This document shows, one piece after another, positions 20,230-29,611 of a stretch of DNA of 64,000 nucleotides. The translations under genes and the position numbers were made by a program. Source of the DNA: Bacteroidota bacterium. GTDB taxonomy: Bacteria; Bacteroidota; Bacteroidia; Palsa-965. The stretch's first letter is position 1; the number at the start of each line of letters is the position of its first letter. The DNA is taken from assembly GCA_020402865.1 (NCBI GenBank), contig JADBYT010000021.1:73314-137313 (forward strand), written 5' to 3'. The notes beneath the pieces were generated by a model. That model ran no database searches and was not told the origin of the DNA. It worked only from the letters and a program-made list of their open reading frames with translations.

Positions 20230-20663
20230 ACATTGAGAACACCAAAGCCCAGATGCGCAAAGGGGTGCTGGAGTTTTGCATTCTCTCCATTCTTTCAGAC
20301 GGAGATGCTTACCCCACCGAAATTATTGAACGCATGAAACTGGCCCGGCTTGTAGTGGTGGAAGGCACGCTCTATCCGCTGCTTACCCGCCTGAAAAACA
20401 TGGACTTACTCACCTACCGCTGGGAAGAATCAACCTCAGGGCCGCCGCGTAAATATTACCGGCTTACCGAAACAGGTATTAGTTTTTTACGCGAACTGGA
20501 AGCCACCTGGGACGAACTGGTGGCCTCGGTAGAGCAGGTTACCCAAAAGCCGCAGCAGCAGGCCATATCAGCCGCAGTGCCTTTTAATCCGGAAGCTGCT
20601 CCGCAGCCCGAAAAACAAGCAAACAACCACACAACCACCAACGATAATACTGAAGTACAATGA
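20226..20663 (+). CDS. PadR-family transcriptional regulator
   Basis: Winged-helix PadR pattern KGVLEFCILSIL...YPTEII...EGTLYPLLTRL...RKYYRLTE. Confidence 0.9.
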   Translation: MNIENTKAQMRKGVLEFCILSILSDGDAYPTEIIERMKLARLVVVEGTLYPLLTRLKNMDLLTYRWEESTSGPPRKYYRLTETGISFLRELEATWDELVASVEQVTQKPQQQAISAAVPFNPEAAPQPEKQANNHTTTNDNTEVQ

Positions 20664-22453
20664 ACAAGACGGTAACCATCAATATCAGCGGCATTATTTT
20701 TCATATCGAGGAAGATGCGTTTGAGGTATTGCGCAATTACCTGCAAACCCTGCGCAACCGTTTCAGCCAGGAAGAAGGCTGCGACGAAATAATGGCCGAC
20801 ATTGAAGCCCGCATTGCCGAACTGCTCAAAGCCAAAACCGGTATTTCGAAAGAGGTGATTGTGATGGCCGACGTAGAAGGCGTAATTGCCGTAATGGGCA
20901 GCCCCGAATCGTTTGCGGAAGGCGAAGAACCCCAGCAAACACAAAATACCGGCCAGCAAAACCAGCAGAACCAGCAAAACAATACCGGCCAGCAAAGCTA
21001 CTCGCGCGGATACGCCCGCCGACGGCTCTTCCGCGATCCCGACGACCGTATTATTGGCGGTGTTTGCGCCGGTTTGGGACATTATTTCGATATCAATCCC
21101 ATCTGGATCCGCCTTACACTGGCCGTGAGCTTCTTTGTATTCGGTTCAGGATTTCTGCTTTACATACTCCTGCTCATCATTATGCCCAAAGCCGAAACCA
21201 CAGCCGAAAAGCTTGAAATGCGCGGCGAGCCGGTTGACGTAAACAACATAAGCCGAAGCATTAAGGATGATTTCGAAAACTTCAAACGGCGCATGGAGGA
21301 TCTGGGCGAAGAAGCCAGCAACTGGGGTAAAAAACAGTTCGGATCGGCCCGCGAAAACTATAACAGCGAACGCCGAAACAGCCGTGGCATTGAACGGGTG
21401 CTTGGGTCACTATTTGAAGTAGCCGGGCGCGTGTTTTCTTTTGTACTGCTCGTAATAGGTGTAGGCATACTCATCGGCATACTTACGTCAACCTTTACCT
21501 TTCACCGCGTGGGCCCCGACGAACTTGGCCATAGTTTCAGAAACCTGTTCAGCAGCAACAGCGATTACATACTTGCCATTATTGCCTTCTTCCTCGTGTT
21601 CGGTATTCCGGCCATGATGATGATTTATCAGGGAATTAAAGCACTTTTCAATATTAAAGTAACAACTAAGGTAATTGGATATAGCGCCCTGTCGCTCTGG
21701 TTTATAGGTATCGTTATTGGCATCTACTGCGGCGTGGGCGTGGCTTCCAATTTCCGCCACAGCGGTCACATTACCGAACGCTTTAATTTTGCCAGTCCGG
21801 CACCCGATACCCTGCAGCTTTCGGTAAATATTGACTCCGATCTGGAAAACGAAACCTATAATTATCGCCACAAGAAATATAAAAATCACGACCGCCGCTA
21901 CGCGTATTTTGCAGTAACCAACGAAGGCATGAAATTCGGTACCACCGAACTGCATATTATCCCTTCGCAAACCGGCCAATATGAGCTGGTGATACACAAA
22001 TACTCCGAAGGCAGTACCCGCGAAGAAGCCGGTCTGCTGGCACGAGAAATACGTTTTCAGTTGCGTCAGGAAGGGAATAAACTCATCATCCCCGGTTCAT
22101 TTACCATTGGGCACGACCAGAAATGGCGGGCGCAGGAAGTGGAGCTTGAGCTACATGTACCTCAGGGAAAGGTAGTTAACCTTGACCAAAGTACACGTGA
22201 AATCATTCACAACGTGGACAATGAGCAAAACACCTATGACCCGAATATGGCAGGCCGCCGCTGGCGTATGGGTAAAGACATGCTGACCTGTGTGGATTGC
22301 GACGGACTTGATATGGAGAATACAAATTCCAAAGCCCGTGAAAATTCGCAAGCCAATAAGCAAGCCGACAGTACAGCCAAAGCGCAGGATGAACTGGAAA
22401 AGAAAATTCAGCGTGTGGCCGACAGTATTCGCAATGCGGCCGGGAAAAAATAA
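20660..22453 (+). CDS. PspC domain-containing membrane protein
   Basis: PspC motif RLFRDPDDRIIGGVCAGLGHYFDINPIWIRL followed by TM helices. Overlaps the padR stop; PadR-PspC pairing is common in Bacteroidota. Confidence 0.85.
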   Translation: MNKTVTINISGIIFHIEEDAFEVLRNYLQTLRNRFSQEEGCDEIMADIEARIAELLKAKTGISKEVIVMADVEGVIAVMGSPESFAEGEEPQQTQNTGQQNQQNQQNNTGQQSYSRGYARRRLFRDPDDRIIGGVCAGLGHYFDINPIWIRLTLAVSFFVFGSGFLLYILLLIIMPKAETTAEKLEMRGEPVDVNNISRSIKDDFENFKRRMEDLGEEASNWGKKQFGSARENYNSERRNSRGIERVLGSLFEVAGRVFSFVLLVIGVGILIGILTSTFTFHRVGPDELGHSFRNLFSSNSDYILAIIAFFLVFGIPAMMMIYQGIKALFNIKVTTKVIGYSALSLWFIGIVIGIYCGVGVASNFRHSGHITERFNFASPAPDTLQLSVNIDSDLENETYNYRHKKYKNHDRRYAYFAVTNEGMKFGTTELHIIPSQTGQYELVIHKYSEGSTREEAGLLAREIRFQLRQEGNKLIIPGSFTIGHDQKWRAQEVELELHVPQGKVVNLDQSTREIIHNVDNEQNTYDPNMAGRRWRMGKDMLTCVDCDGLDMENTNSKARENSQANKQADSTAKAQDELEKKIQRVADSIRNAAGKK

Positions 22454-22459
22454 TTGCAC

Positions 22460-22495
22460 GGAACTGTAACTATACGTCCTGTCTGTTCGTCTTAT
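22460..22495 (+). promoter_or_regulatory. ECF-sigma-like promoter motif (copy A)
   Basis: GGAACTGTAAC, then 17 nt, then CGTCTTAT. This fits the generic ECF pattern (AAC in -35, CGT in -10). The same motif recurs at 23127. Confidence 0.4.
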
Positions 22496-22553
22496 TCACA
22501 ACAGCTCCCCATTTTGGTTAGGTATTCAGGACCTGTTTCATGCAATTGAATGA

Positions 22554-22589
22554 GATACGCCGGTTTCGCAGCCCGGCGTATCTTTTTTT
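22554..22589 (+). terminator. Intrinsic terminator (copy A)
   Basis: 10-bp stem GATACGCCGG / CCGGCGTATC, loop TTTCGCAGC, then T7. Confidence 0.75.
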
Positions 22590-22618
22590 ATGACCTTTGC
22601 CAAAATTCACAGCTATAT

Positions 22619-23101
22619 ATGAATACCGAGAGCCGCGCTGCTTATCTGATCCGTCATTTACACATGCAGCCGCATCCCGAAGGCGGGTACTATGCCGAGC
22701 ATTACCGCTCGCAGTTGCTGGTGGAACGCCAAAACGAGGCGCCTCGCAGTGCGGTAACTTCAATTTACTATCTGCTTCAGCAAAATGAAGTTAGCCGCTG
22801 GCATGTAGTGGATGCCGACGAGATCTGGCACTGGCACGAGGGCAACGAGCTGGAACTTTGGCTGGTGAATCCGGAAATTACGCAATTGCGTGTAATCAGG
22901 CTCGGCCAGCCGGGGGCTGATACGCAGCCTTCGGCGGTGGTGCCGGCGGGCTGGTTTCAGGCCGTGCGTTCTACCGGCAGTTACAGCCTTTGCGGCTGCA
23001 CGGTGGCTCCGGCTTTTCAGTTCAGCGGGTTCCGTTTTACCTCCCCGCAGGAAGCCGAAAAACTAAGCCAGCTACACCCCGATGCAGCCGCGTTTTGTTA
23101 A
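22619..23101 (+). CDS. DUF985-type cupin protein
   Basis: Start placed at MNTESRAAYLI. Motif HLHMQPHPEGGYYAEHYRS is typical of cupin_5/DUF985. The longer ORF from 22550 would run through the terminator hairpin. Confidence 0.85.
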   Translation: MNTESRAAYLIRHLHMQPHPEGGYYAEHYRSQLLVERQNEAPRSAVTSIYYLLQQNEVSRWHVVDADEIWHWHEGNELELWLVNPEITQLRVIRLGQPGADTQPSAVVPAGWFQAVRSTGSYSLCGCTVAPAFQFSGFRFTSPQEAEKLSQLHPDAAAFC

Positions 23102-23126
23102 GAAATTAAAAAATACACCTCCGGGC

Positions 23127-23156
23127 TGTAACGAAATACACATTTCAGCGTCTTAT
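23127..23156 (+). promoter_or_regulatory. ECF-sigma-like promoter motif (copy B)
   Basis: TGTAAC, then 16 nt, then CGTCTTAT. Paralogous to 22465-22495. Confidence 0.4.
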
Positions 23157-23231
23157 ACCTGAACATCCTCCCAACCTTTGGTCAGGTCTGTTTCTTTTGG
23201 GAGGAATTTGTTTCGTGCAATTGGTGTGCAG

Positions 23232-23270
23232 GAAAAGCCGGCTTTCGCAGCGTCGGCTTTTCCTTTTTTC
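23232..23270 (+). terminator. Intrinsic terminator (copy B)
   Basis: Stem GAAAAGCCG / CGGCTTTTC, a loop containing TTTCGCAGC, then a T-rich run. Confidence 0.7.
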
Positions 23271-23359
23271 TTTCAGTTGATCTTAATCATTTTAAGAAGC
23301 AGATTTCACTAAAAAGTGTATGTTTGCAACCGATAAAAAACTCAACAGAAAACACAATT

Positions 23360-24136
23360 ATGGCCAATCACGACGCACACCACGACGGACACGACCACGA
23401 TCATGATCACACCGAAGGCAACCGCCAGTATTATCCCAAAGGCTGGTGGATTCCGCTGGTGGCGCTTGTAGTTTTTGCTATAGGTTTTGCCGGTTTGGGC
23501 GGCTGGCTCTTCAGCCTTTCCGGTACCGACCGCTGGGGCAAACACAGTGCCGATGACGAACACGGACATGGCGGCCACAAAACCGAAATGGCAGCTCACC
23601 ACGATGGCGACAAGCACGAGGCTGATCACAAGCACACTTCAGAAAATGATTCTATGCTTGCTCCCGACAGCAACATGGTGATTACGAAACTGAACGACGG
23701 CAAAGAAATCAGCGGTGCTCCCAATGGCATCGAATCAGCACTGGTGGCTTTTATCAGCGATGCAGCAAAGCCGGTTGACAAAACCACCTGGTTTACATTC
23801 GACCGTCTTGTATTTGAAACCGGCAAAGCCAGCCTCAACCTGAACGACGCCGGAACCCTGGCCCAGCTTGATAACATGGCCGCTGTGTTGAAAGCATATC
23901 CGGCTGTAGAGCTGAAAATTGGCGGTTATACCGACAATACCGGCAAAAAAGAAGACAACCAGAAACTTTCGCAGCAGCGCGCAGAGTCGGTTATGGCCGA
24001 AATTGCAAAGCGCGGCATTGACGCAAAACGCCTCGCCGCAGAAGGCTACGGCGATCAGTTCCCCAAAGCCGATAACAGCACCGAAGAAGGCCGCGCTCAA
24101 AATCGCCGTATTGATGTGCGTGTAACCAAAAAATAA
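23360..24136 (+). CDS. OmpA-family (peptidoglycan-binding) protein with His-rich N-terminal regions
   Basis: C-terminal OmpA_C pattern GGYTDNTGKKEDNQKLSQQRAESV...NRRIDVRV. N-terminus is MANHDAHHDGHDHDHDH, then one TM helix, then DDEHGHGGHK...HHDGDKHEADHKH. ATG at 23360; the ORF track starts at a TTG at 23324. Confidence 0.85.
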   Translation: MANHDAHHDGHDHDHDHTEGNRQYYPKGWWIPLVALVVFAIGFAGLGGWLFSLSGTDRWGKHSADDEHGHGGHKTEMAAHHDGDKHEADHKHTSENDSMLAPDSNMVITKLNDGKEISGAPNGIESALVAFISDAAKPVDKTTWFTFDRLVFETGKASLNLNDAGTLAQLDNMAAVLKAYPAVELKIGGYTDNTGKKEDNQKLSQQRAESVMAEIAKRGIDAKRLAAEGYGDQFPKADNSTEEGRAQNRRIDVRVTKK

Positions 24137-24175
24137 TTCGCGCCGCTTCACGAACAGCATAATTTAGCCCGCTTT

Positions 24176-24210
24176 AAACGCCACTGATGTCATTTCAGTG
24201 GCGTTTTTTA
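24176..24210 (+). terminator. Intrinsic terminator after the ompA-like gene
   Basis: Stem AAACGCCACTGA / TCAGTGGCGTTT with loop TGTCAT, followed by a T-run. Confidence 0.8.
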
Positions 24211-24816
24211 TTGCAGCAAATTGTCGCAGTTCTTTTTTGAAAGGCTGTCCGAATTTTGTCTTTAAACGTTTTTTCTCCGACAAGTCATCGGCGCTGAATT
24301 TAACGGCACAGACAACACCAAAAAGTAACGACAAACAAGGTAACGCGGCAAACAAAAATTGACCCTCACACAGCCGGAGGATGAAATTTGGAAAGCGTTT
24401 TAATGCCCGGAAAATTTGCCTCAGCTAAACAGGTAAAATTACTGTTTAGCAGTTCATTTATTGGTTGATGGTTTGTTTAACCTATACCCATTTTATCATA
24501 AACAAAACAGGCACCTATTTTGCCGGCTGTTGCTGATACATGCTTATTTTATTAACGGATTTAGTTTACAGAAAACAAGTAGAGAGCCGTTTTATTTAGT
24601 AAGATGATTACTAATCAGATGATTTCAACATCTGTTAACAACTCCACATTTTGTTAATTGTGAATGATTAACACAGGATTGTCGCAAACAAACTAGATCT
24701 GTTGATAACCGTATTGACGGAGGGGGGGCTTGCTATGTAGGTTTGTCTCGACCCCTGCCTGTCAACCCCGATTGACCGAGCAGCGCCTGTAAGTCTTAAG
24801 TATAGTAAGTACAGTT

Positions 24817-25389
24817 ATGATTGATAAAGCGCTGTCGTTCCTCCAAAAAGAGCTGAACGAATATTTAAAATTAAAAATGGGTTCTACCACGGATATGGTA
24901 ACCCTTACATCCATTATTGCCCAGAACGGAAATCTCGACATTGATGCCGGAACGCTTGGTATGATGGTGGTAAATATTGAAGAAGAAAAGCAGTTTCGTT
25001 CCGTATCGCCGCAAACCATTCAGGTAGGTTCAAATTACACCTTGGTAAATCCCGAACTGAAGATCAATGTGTATATGATGATTGCGGCCAATCATACCAG
25101 CCACACGGAAGCGCTTAAACTTATTTCCAACACGATATTATTTTTTCAGGGGCGCAATACATTTTCCAATGTGGAGTTTCCGGCACTGGATGATGTGGAG
25201 CAGTTAATGGTTGACTTATACACCATCAATTTCGAGCAGCAAAACCAGTTGTGGGCTTCTATCGGAGCAAAATACCTGCCTTCGGTGCTTTACCGTATCC
25301 GGATGCTGATTATGAACGACAACCTTGTACGCGATACGGCTCCGGCTGTTAGCACATTTGATCGCTCTTTTGCGGGCGGACGCGAATAA
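24817..25389 (+). CDS. eCIS Pvc16_N/DUF4255-like protein (Afp16/Pvc16 analogue, tail terminator/cap)
   Basis: 190 aa and the first gene of the co-directional block. The N-terminus MIDKALSFLQKELNEYLK resembles DUF4255 family starts. Its position in the locus supports the call. Confidence 0.65.
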   Translation: MIDKALSFLQKELNEYLKLKMGSTTDMVTLTSIIAQNGNLDIDAGTLGMMVVNIEEEKQFRSVSPQTIQVGSNYTLVNPELKINVYMMIAANHTSHTEALKLISNTILFFQGRNTFSNVEFPALDDVEQLMVDLYTINFEQQNQLWASIGAKYLPSVLYRIRMLIMNDNLVRDTAPAVSTFDRSFAGGRE

Positions 25390-25398
25390 AGCCGTATT

Positions 25399-26463
25399 AT
25401 GAAAGATCAGTTTAAAACATTATTCCGCTTAGATTGCACACACACGTTTTATTCCAACGGACGCTGTGGCGATTTTACCTTGCAGCCTACTGCAGCCACA
25501 GCACAGTTGCTTCGCAGCCGGCGTTGTGTGTTCAGATGGGGCGGTGATTCGGGCGCGGTGATTTATCAGCTCAACGAAACAGCCTCTTTACCGCTTACTG
25601 CTTTCCAGACTAATGAAGCACTCTCTTTTGCAATCATCAATAACTCGGCCGAATTCTTTCATTTTACCACCACCACAGAATTACCGGCCATTGGTAAAAT
25701 AAATCTCTACCGCAATGTGTCGCGCACGGTAACGGCCGGCTATTTATCGCTCCTCAAAACCGAAGCTTTTCTTACGGCCGGAGTAATCACACACAAAATA
25801 AAAACCAATAGTGCAGCATCCATCGAACTGAGGAACCGCGAAGGAATAATAATCCGTTCAGGAAGCATTGAGGCCGGTTCGCAGAACAAAGAATATCAGT
25901 TCGACATACAAACCCTTCCCACCGGCTTATACGAAGTGCACGAAACCGTAGGAGCCGCACCGCCCGACAGAACATACTACTATGCGGATGCCGAACTGCT
26001 CAACAGCAGAATATTCGGCATTGTGCTCATCGAAAATAAAACAGCCTACCCCTATGACTATTCAGGAAACGATGCCTACAAACTGGGATTCACCGCCACG
26101 AGCGGGACCTGGAATTACTACCTGGTTATGCCATCAACAGGAGTAGCCACACAGTATTTTGTAGAAGACAAAAGCAACGGTGAAAACCGTTACAGCGAGA
26201 CATTGGCCGGCCCCATTGTATTCAACCGGGTCACCAATATTCCTTCTACAGATACCGTGGCTCCGCTGCTTCAAAAATCCGGCAAAACGGTGGTTTTGTT
26301 CCAGTCGGCTCAGCCCATCGCTTTCAAACAGAAAGCACGGCGACTGCTTCAACTGCTTCACAAAACACAGGTGGGAAACAACCTGGTTACAAAAGTTATT
26401 GTGGCCGATTTGTCGAACCCCGACATCCGTAAAACCGGCACCAACCTGTTCATCTACATCTGA
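25399..26463 (+). CDS. eCIS-associated hypothetical protein
   Basis: 354-aa ORF, 10 nt after the previous gene. No motif recognised. Confidence 0.6.
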   Translation: MKDQFKTLFRLDCTHTFYSNGRCGDFTLQPTAATAQLLRSRRCVFRWGGDSGAVIYQLNETASLPLTAFQTNEALSFAIINNSAEFFHFTTTTELPAIGKINLYRNVSRTVTAGYLSLLKTEAFLTAGVITHKIKTNSAASIELRNREGIIIRSGSIEAGSQNKEYQFDIQTLPTGLYEVHETVGAAPPDRTYYYADAELLNSRIFGIVLIENKTAYPYDYSGNDAYKLGFTATSGTWNYYLVMPSTGVATQYFVEDKSNGENRYSETLAGPIVFNRVTNIPSTDTVAPLLQKSGKTVVLFQSAQPIAFKQKARRLLQLLHKTQVGNNLVTKVIVADLSNPDIRKTGTNLFIYI

Positions 26464-26506
26464 ACAACCATAAACAAGAATCATCAACCACAAATCCAAT
26501 TCACCT

Positions 26507-28432
26507 ATGGCTACCTACAAAACGCCAGATGTTTACGTCGAGGAAATCTCGGTGTTCCCTCCCTCCGTTGCGGAAGTGGAGACCTGTATCCCCGCTTTTA
26601 TCGGATATACAGAGAAAGCAACAAAAATCAGTAACAACGATCTGATTAACAAACCTACCCGAATCACCTCAATGCTCGACTATGCGCAGTATTTTGGCGG
26701 GGCGCCTGAGGTTAATGTATCATCTGTTGCTATTGATAACAATAACAATTACCAGCAAGCCACTATGTCAACTTCGTATTACATGTACGACAGTTTGCGC
26801 TTGTTTTATGCCAATGGCGGTGGTGATTGCTACATTACTTCAATCGGACTTTACGAAACCACACCTTCGCCCGATCTGGCTGAGTTTCAGAACGGTCTTT
26901 CAGCTGTAGAAATGGTTGATGAACCCACCATTCTTGTTTTTCCTGATGCGGTGAGTCTGTCGGGCGATGGCCTTTACACAATTCAGCAGGCAGCACTCTC
27001 ACAGGCCAACAAACTCAAAGATCGTTTCTGCGTATTTGATCTGGCAAAAAACGATGCTGTTGGCGATACCTTCCGCAGCAAAATCGGTATCAACTACCTG
27101 AAATATGGTTCGGCCTACACGCCCTGGCTCAATGTAAGCCTCTCAAAAAACATCACGTACAAAAACGTGAAATCGGTACTCAGCAAAGGAGGAAGCCCTG
27201 TAACGCTCGACTCGCTTACTGCTGATCCGGCACTGAAATCTCTGATCACAGACTATAACAATCTGCTCAACGATATCAACACCGTAAACGGCGACACACT
27301 CGCTGCTTCAGGTGCATACCGCAATCAGGTTAATACTGCAATTGCCAGCGTTATAACTACTGCACCTACCCCTACACAAATTCAGGCGGTGCTGGAGAAA
27401 ATTTACGACGGTTTTGAAAAAGTTAATGCCTGGGCCACATCACTCACCAGCAGCCGTCTTATCGACGCTACCACCGGTGCTATTCGTCAAAAAATCCAGA
27501 CCCGCCTCAACCCGGTTTGGACAGAGCTTGCCAAACTCGAATACGAGCTTGATGCTGAAGAATCAGCGTATGTTCCTCAGTCTGGCACCACTACACTAAA
27601 TAATGCTTATGGCTGGTTTGATGAAACAACCCTTGGCGGATTGCCATCAACAACTTATGTAAACGGAACCACAGCAACCGACCGTTACAATTCGGCACTT
27701 ACTGCTGCCAAGGCATTGTTCAATCAGGCCGAAGCTGCATTTATTGAAGTGCTTGATGCGGTGAACACACTCGACGAGACTCTCGAAAACGCGCTGCTTG
27801 AATCATTCCCGCTGTATAAAACAATCATTCAGGGAATGAATGATTCGGCAACCGTAATGCCCCCCTCCGGTGCTGTTGTGGGCCAGTATGCAGCTACCGA
27901 CCGCGACCGCGGCGTGTGGAAGGCTCCCGCCAACGTAAGCCTTTCATCTGTTGTTGGCCCGGCTACCACCTTTACCGCTTCACAGCTTGATGCATTGAAC
28001 ATTGATGTAAATGCTGGTAAATCAATCAACGCCATCCGCTCGTTTGTAGGCAAAGGCACACTCATCTGGGGTGCGCGTACACTGGCCGGCAACGACAACG
28101 AATGGCGTTACATTCCGGTTCGCCGCTTCTTCAACACCGCCGAAGAATCGATCAAGAAATCGACCTACTGGGCTGTGTTTGAGCCGAACAACGGCAACAC
28201 CTGGATTAAGGTGAAAGGTATGATTGAGAATTACCTCACCAACAAATGGAAAGAAGGTGCACTGGTAGGTGCCAAGCCCGATGAAGCATTTTTTGTGCGT
28301 ATTGGTCTGGGACAAACCATGAGTGCCCAGGATATCCTTGAGGGTTACATGAAGGTGGAAATCGGCATGGCTGTAGTTCGCCCGGCAGAATTCATCGTCC
28401 TCAAATTCTCTCACAAACTCCAGCAGTCGTAA
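26507..28432 (+). CDS. Contractile sheath protein (Afp2-4/Pvc2-4 analogue)
   Basis: N-terminus MATYKTPDVYVEEIS and C-terminal GVWKAPANVSL...INAIRSFVGKGTLIWGARTL are classic phage-tail/eCIS sheath signatures. Confidence 0.92.
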   Translation: MATYKTPDVYVEEISVFPPSVAEVETCIPAFIGYTEKATKISNNDLINKPTRITSMLDYAQYFGGAPEVNVSSVAIDNNNNYQQATMSTSYYMYDSLRLFYANGGGDCYITSIGLYETTPSPDLAEFQNGLSAVEMVDEPTILVFPDAVSLSGDGLYTIQQAALSQANKLKDRFCVFDLAKNDAVGDTFRSKIGINYLKYGSAYTPWLNVSLSKNITYKNVKSVLSKGGSPVTLDSLTADPALKSLITDYNNLLNDINTVNGDTLAASGAYRNQVNTAIASVITTAPTPTQIQAVLEKIYDGFEKVNAWATSLTSSRLIDATTGAIRQKIQTRLNPVWTELAKLEYELDAEESAYVPQSGTTTLNNAYGWFDETTLGGLPSTTYVNGTTATDRYNSALTAAKALFNQAEAAFIEVLDAVNTLDETLENALLESFPLYKTIIQGMNDSATVMPPSGAVVGQYAATDRDRGVWKAPANVSLSSVVGPATTFTASQLDALNIDVNAGKSINAIRSFVGKGTLIWGARTLAGNDNEWRYIPVRRFFNTAEESIKKSTYWAVFEPNNGNTWIKVKGMIENYLTNKWKEGALVGAKPDEAFFVRIGLGQTMSAQDILEGYMKVEIGMAVVRPAEFIVLKFSHKLQQS

Positions 28433-28483
28433 TACACGGCAGCACGAACCACAAAGTGTTTAACTCTATAACAAACAACCATT

Positions 28484-28918
28484 ATGGCAAATAAATATCC
28501 GCTGGCTGTGTTCCACTTCCGTGTCGATTGGGGAAGTGCCAGCATCAGCTTCACCGAAGTATCAGGTCTTACACAGGAACTTCAGGCCATTGAATACCGC
28601 ACCGGCGATCTGCCGGAGTATTCATCCATCAAAATGCCGGGTATGCGCAAGTACAACAACATTACCCTTAAGCGCGGACTTACCAAAGGCAACAACGAGT
28701 TTTTTACCTGGCTCAATTCCGTTAAACTGAACGAAATTGAACGCCGCGACATCACCATCAACCTGCTCAACGAAAAACACGAGCCGGTGGTGATCTGGAA
28801 AGTGCAAAATGCGTTCCCGGTAAAACTCGAAGGCCCCGGCCTGAAAGCCACTGGTAACGAAGTCGCCATCGAATCGATGGAACTTGCCCACGAAGGTTTA
28901 ACTGTTGAATTCGCATAA
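28484..28918 (+). CDS. Tail tube protein (T4 gp19-like; Afp1/Pvc1 analogue)
   Basis: 144 aa with the tube-family pattern FHFRVDW...ISFTEVSGL...IEYRTGD...KMPGMRKYNNITLKRG. Confidence 0.9.
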   Translation: MANKYPLAVFHFRVDWGSASISFTEVSGLTQELQAIEYRTGDLPEYSSIKMPGMRKYNNITLKRGLTKGNNEFFTWLNSVKLNEIERRDITINLLNEKHEPVVIWKVQNAFPVKLEGPGLKATGNEVAIESMELAHEGLTVEFA

Positions 28919-28920
28919 GC

Positions 28921-29442
28921 GTGGCCAACAGAAAAAATCCGAATTATTATCCGCCTGTTAACTTCCATTTCAAGGTGGAACTCATCTCCGACGAATCCGG
29001 CACTACAATGGCCGAGGTCTCGTTTTCGGAAGTGGGTGGCCTGAGCATGGAACTTGGCGTGGAGGAATTGTCGGAAGGCGGTGAAAACCGATATACACAC
29101 CGCCTTCCGACTAAATCAAAATTCGGAAATCTCAGCCTCAAACGCGGTATGTTGCGCGGCGACTCGGAAGTGGTGAAATGGGTTATGGATGCCATAAGCA
29201 ACCATAAATTTTCAACCTGCACCGTGTACGTGTCGCTGCTCAACTTCAATCACGAGCCGGTAAGAACATGGAAGTTTGTAAAGGCATGGCCCCTGAAATG
29301 GGTAACTGCTGATCTGAAAGCCACCGACAACGCCATTGTGATTGAAACATTTGACCTCGCCTACGCCTACTTTACAATCGATAATCCGAAAGAGTCGAGC
29401 ACACGCCCCTCTGCACAAACACGCACAAACGAAAGGCAATGA
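28921..29442 (+). CDS. Second tail tube paralogue (Afp5/Pvc5-like)
   Basis: GTG start. Pattern FHFKVEL...VSFSEVGGL...KFGNLSLKRG is paralogous to the preceding tube gene. Confidence 0.85.
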   Translation: MANRKNPNYYPPVNFHFKVELISDESGTTMAEVSFSEVGGLSMELGVEELSEGGENRYTHRLPTKSKFGNLSLKRGMLRGDSEVVKWVMDAISNHKFSTCTVYVSLLNFNHEPVRTWKFVKAWPLKWVTADLKATDNAIVIETFDLAYAYFTIDNPKESSTRPSAQTRTNERQ

Positions 29443-29603
29443 CGGTTCAGGTAAACGAAATCATTATTCGCGCCACCATTACTGATGCTTCTTCCGCACC
29501 TCCGGCAGGAGGAGGAACGGGTAATGCACAGGAAAAAGAAGACATCATTACCGAATGTGTGGAACAGGTGCTCGAAATTCTGCGCCGCGAAAATAAACGC
29601 TGA
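29439..29603 (+). CDS. Small eCIS protein, DUF5908-like (Afp6/Pvc6 position)
   Basis: Hand-translated 54-aa ORF MTVQVNEIIIRATITD...CVEQVLEILRRENKR. It is below the 60-aa ORF-track cut-off. Its ATG overlaps the tube-2 stop (ATGA), and it sits between the tube and LysM genes as in other eCIS loci. Confidence 0.6.
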   Translation: MTVQVNEIIIRATITDASSAPPAGGGTGNAQEKEDIITECVEQVLEILRRENKR

Positions 29604-29611
29604 GACCGACT

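Noticed and set aside
22550-22618. Longer N-terminal extension of the DUF985 cupin ORF, and the analogous TTG-start extension of the OmpA-like ORF at 23324
   Set aside because: The extension at 22550 reads through a strong terminator hairpin and T-run, and the conserved family sequence starts at the ATG at 22619. The OmpA-like extension begins at a TTG with an in-frame ATG at 23360.
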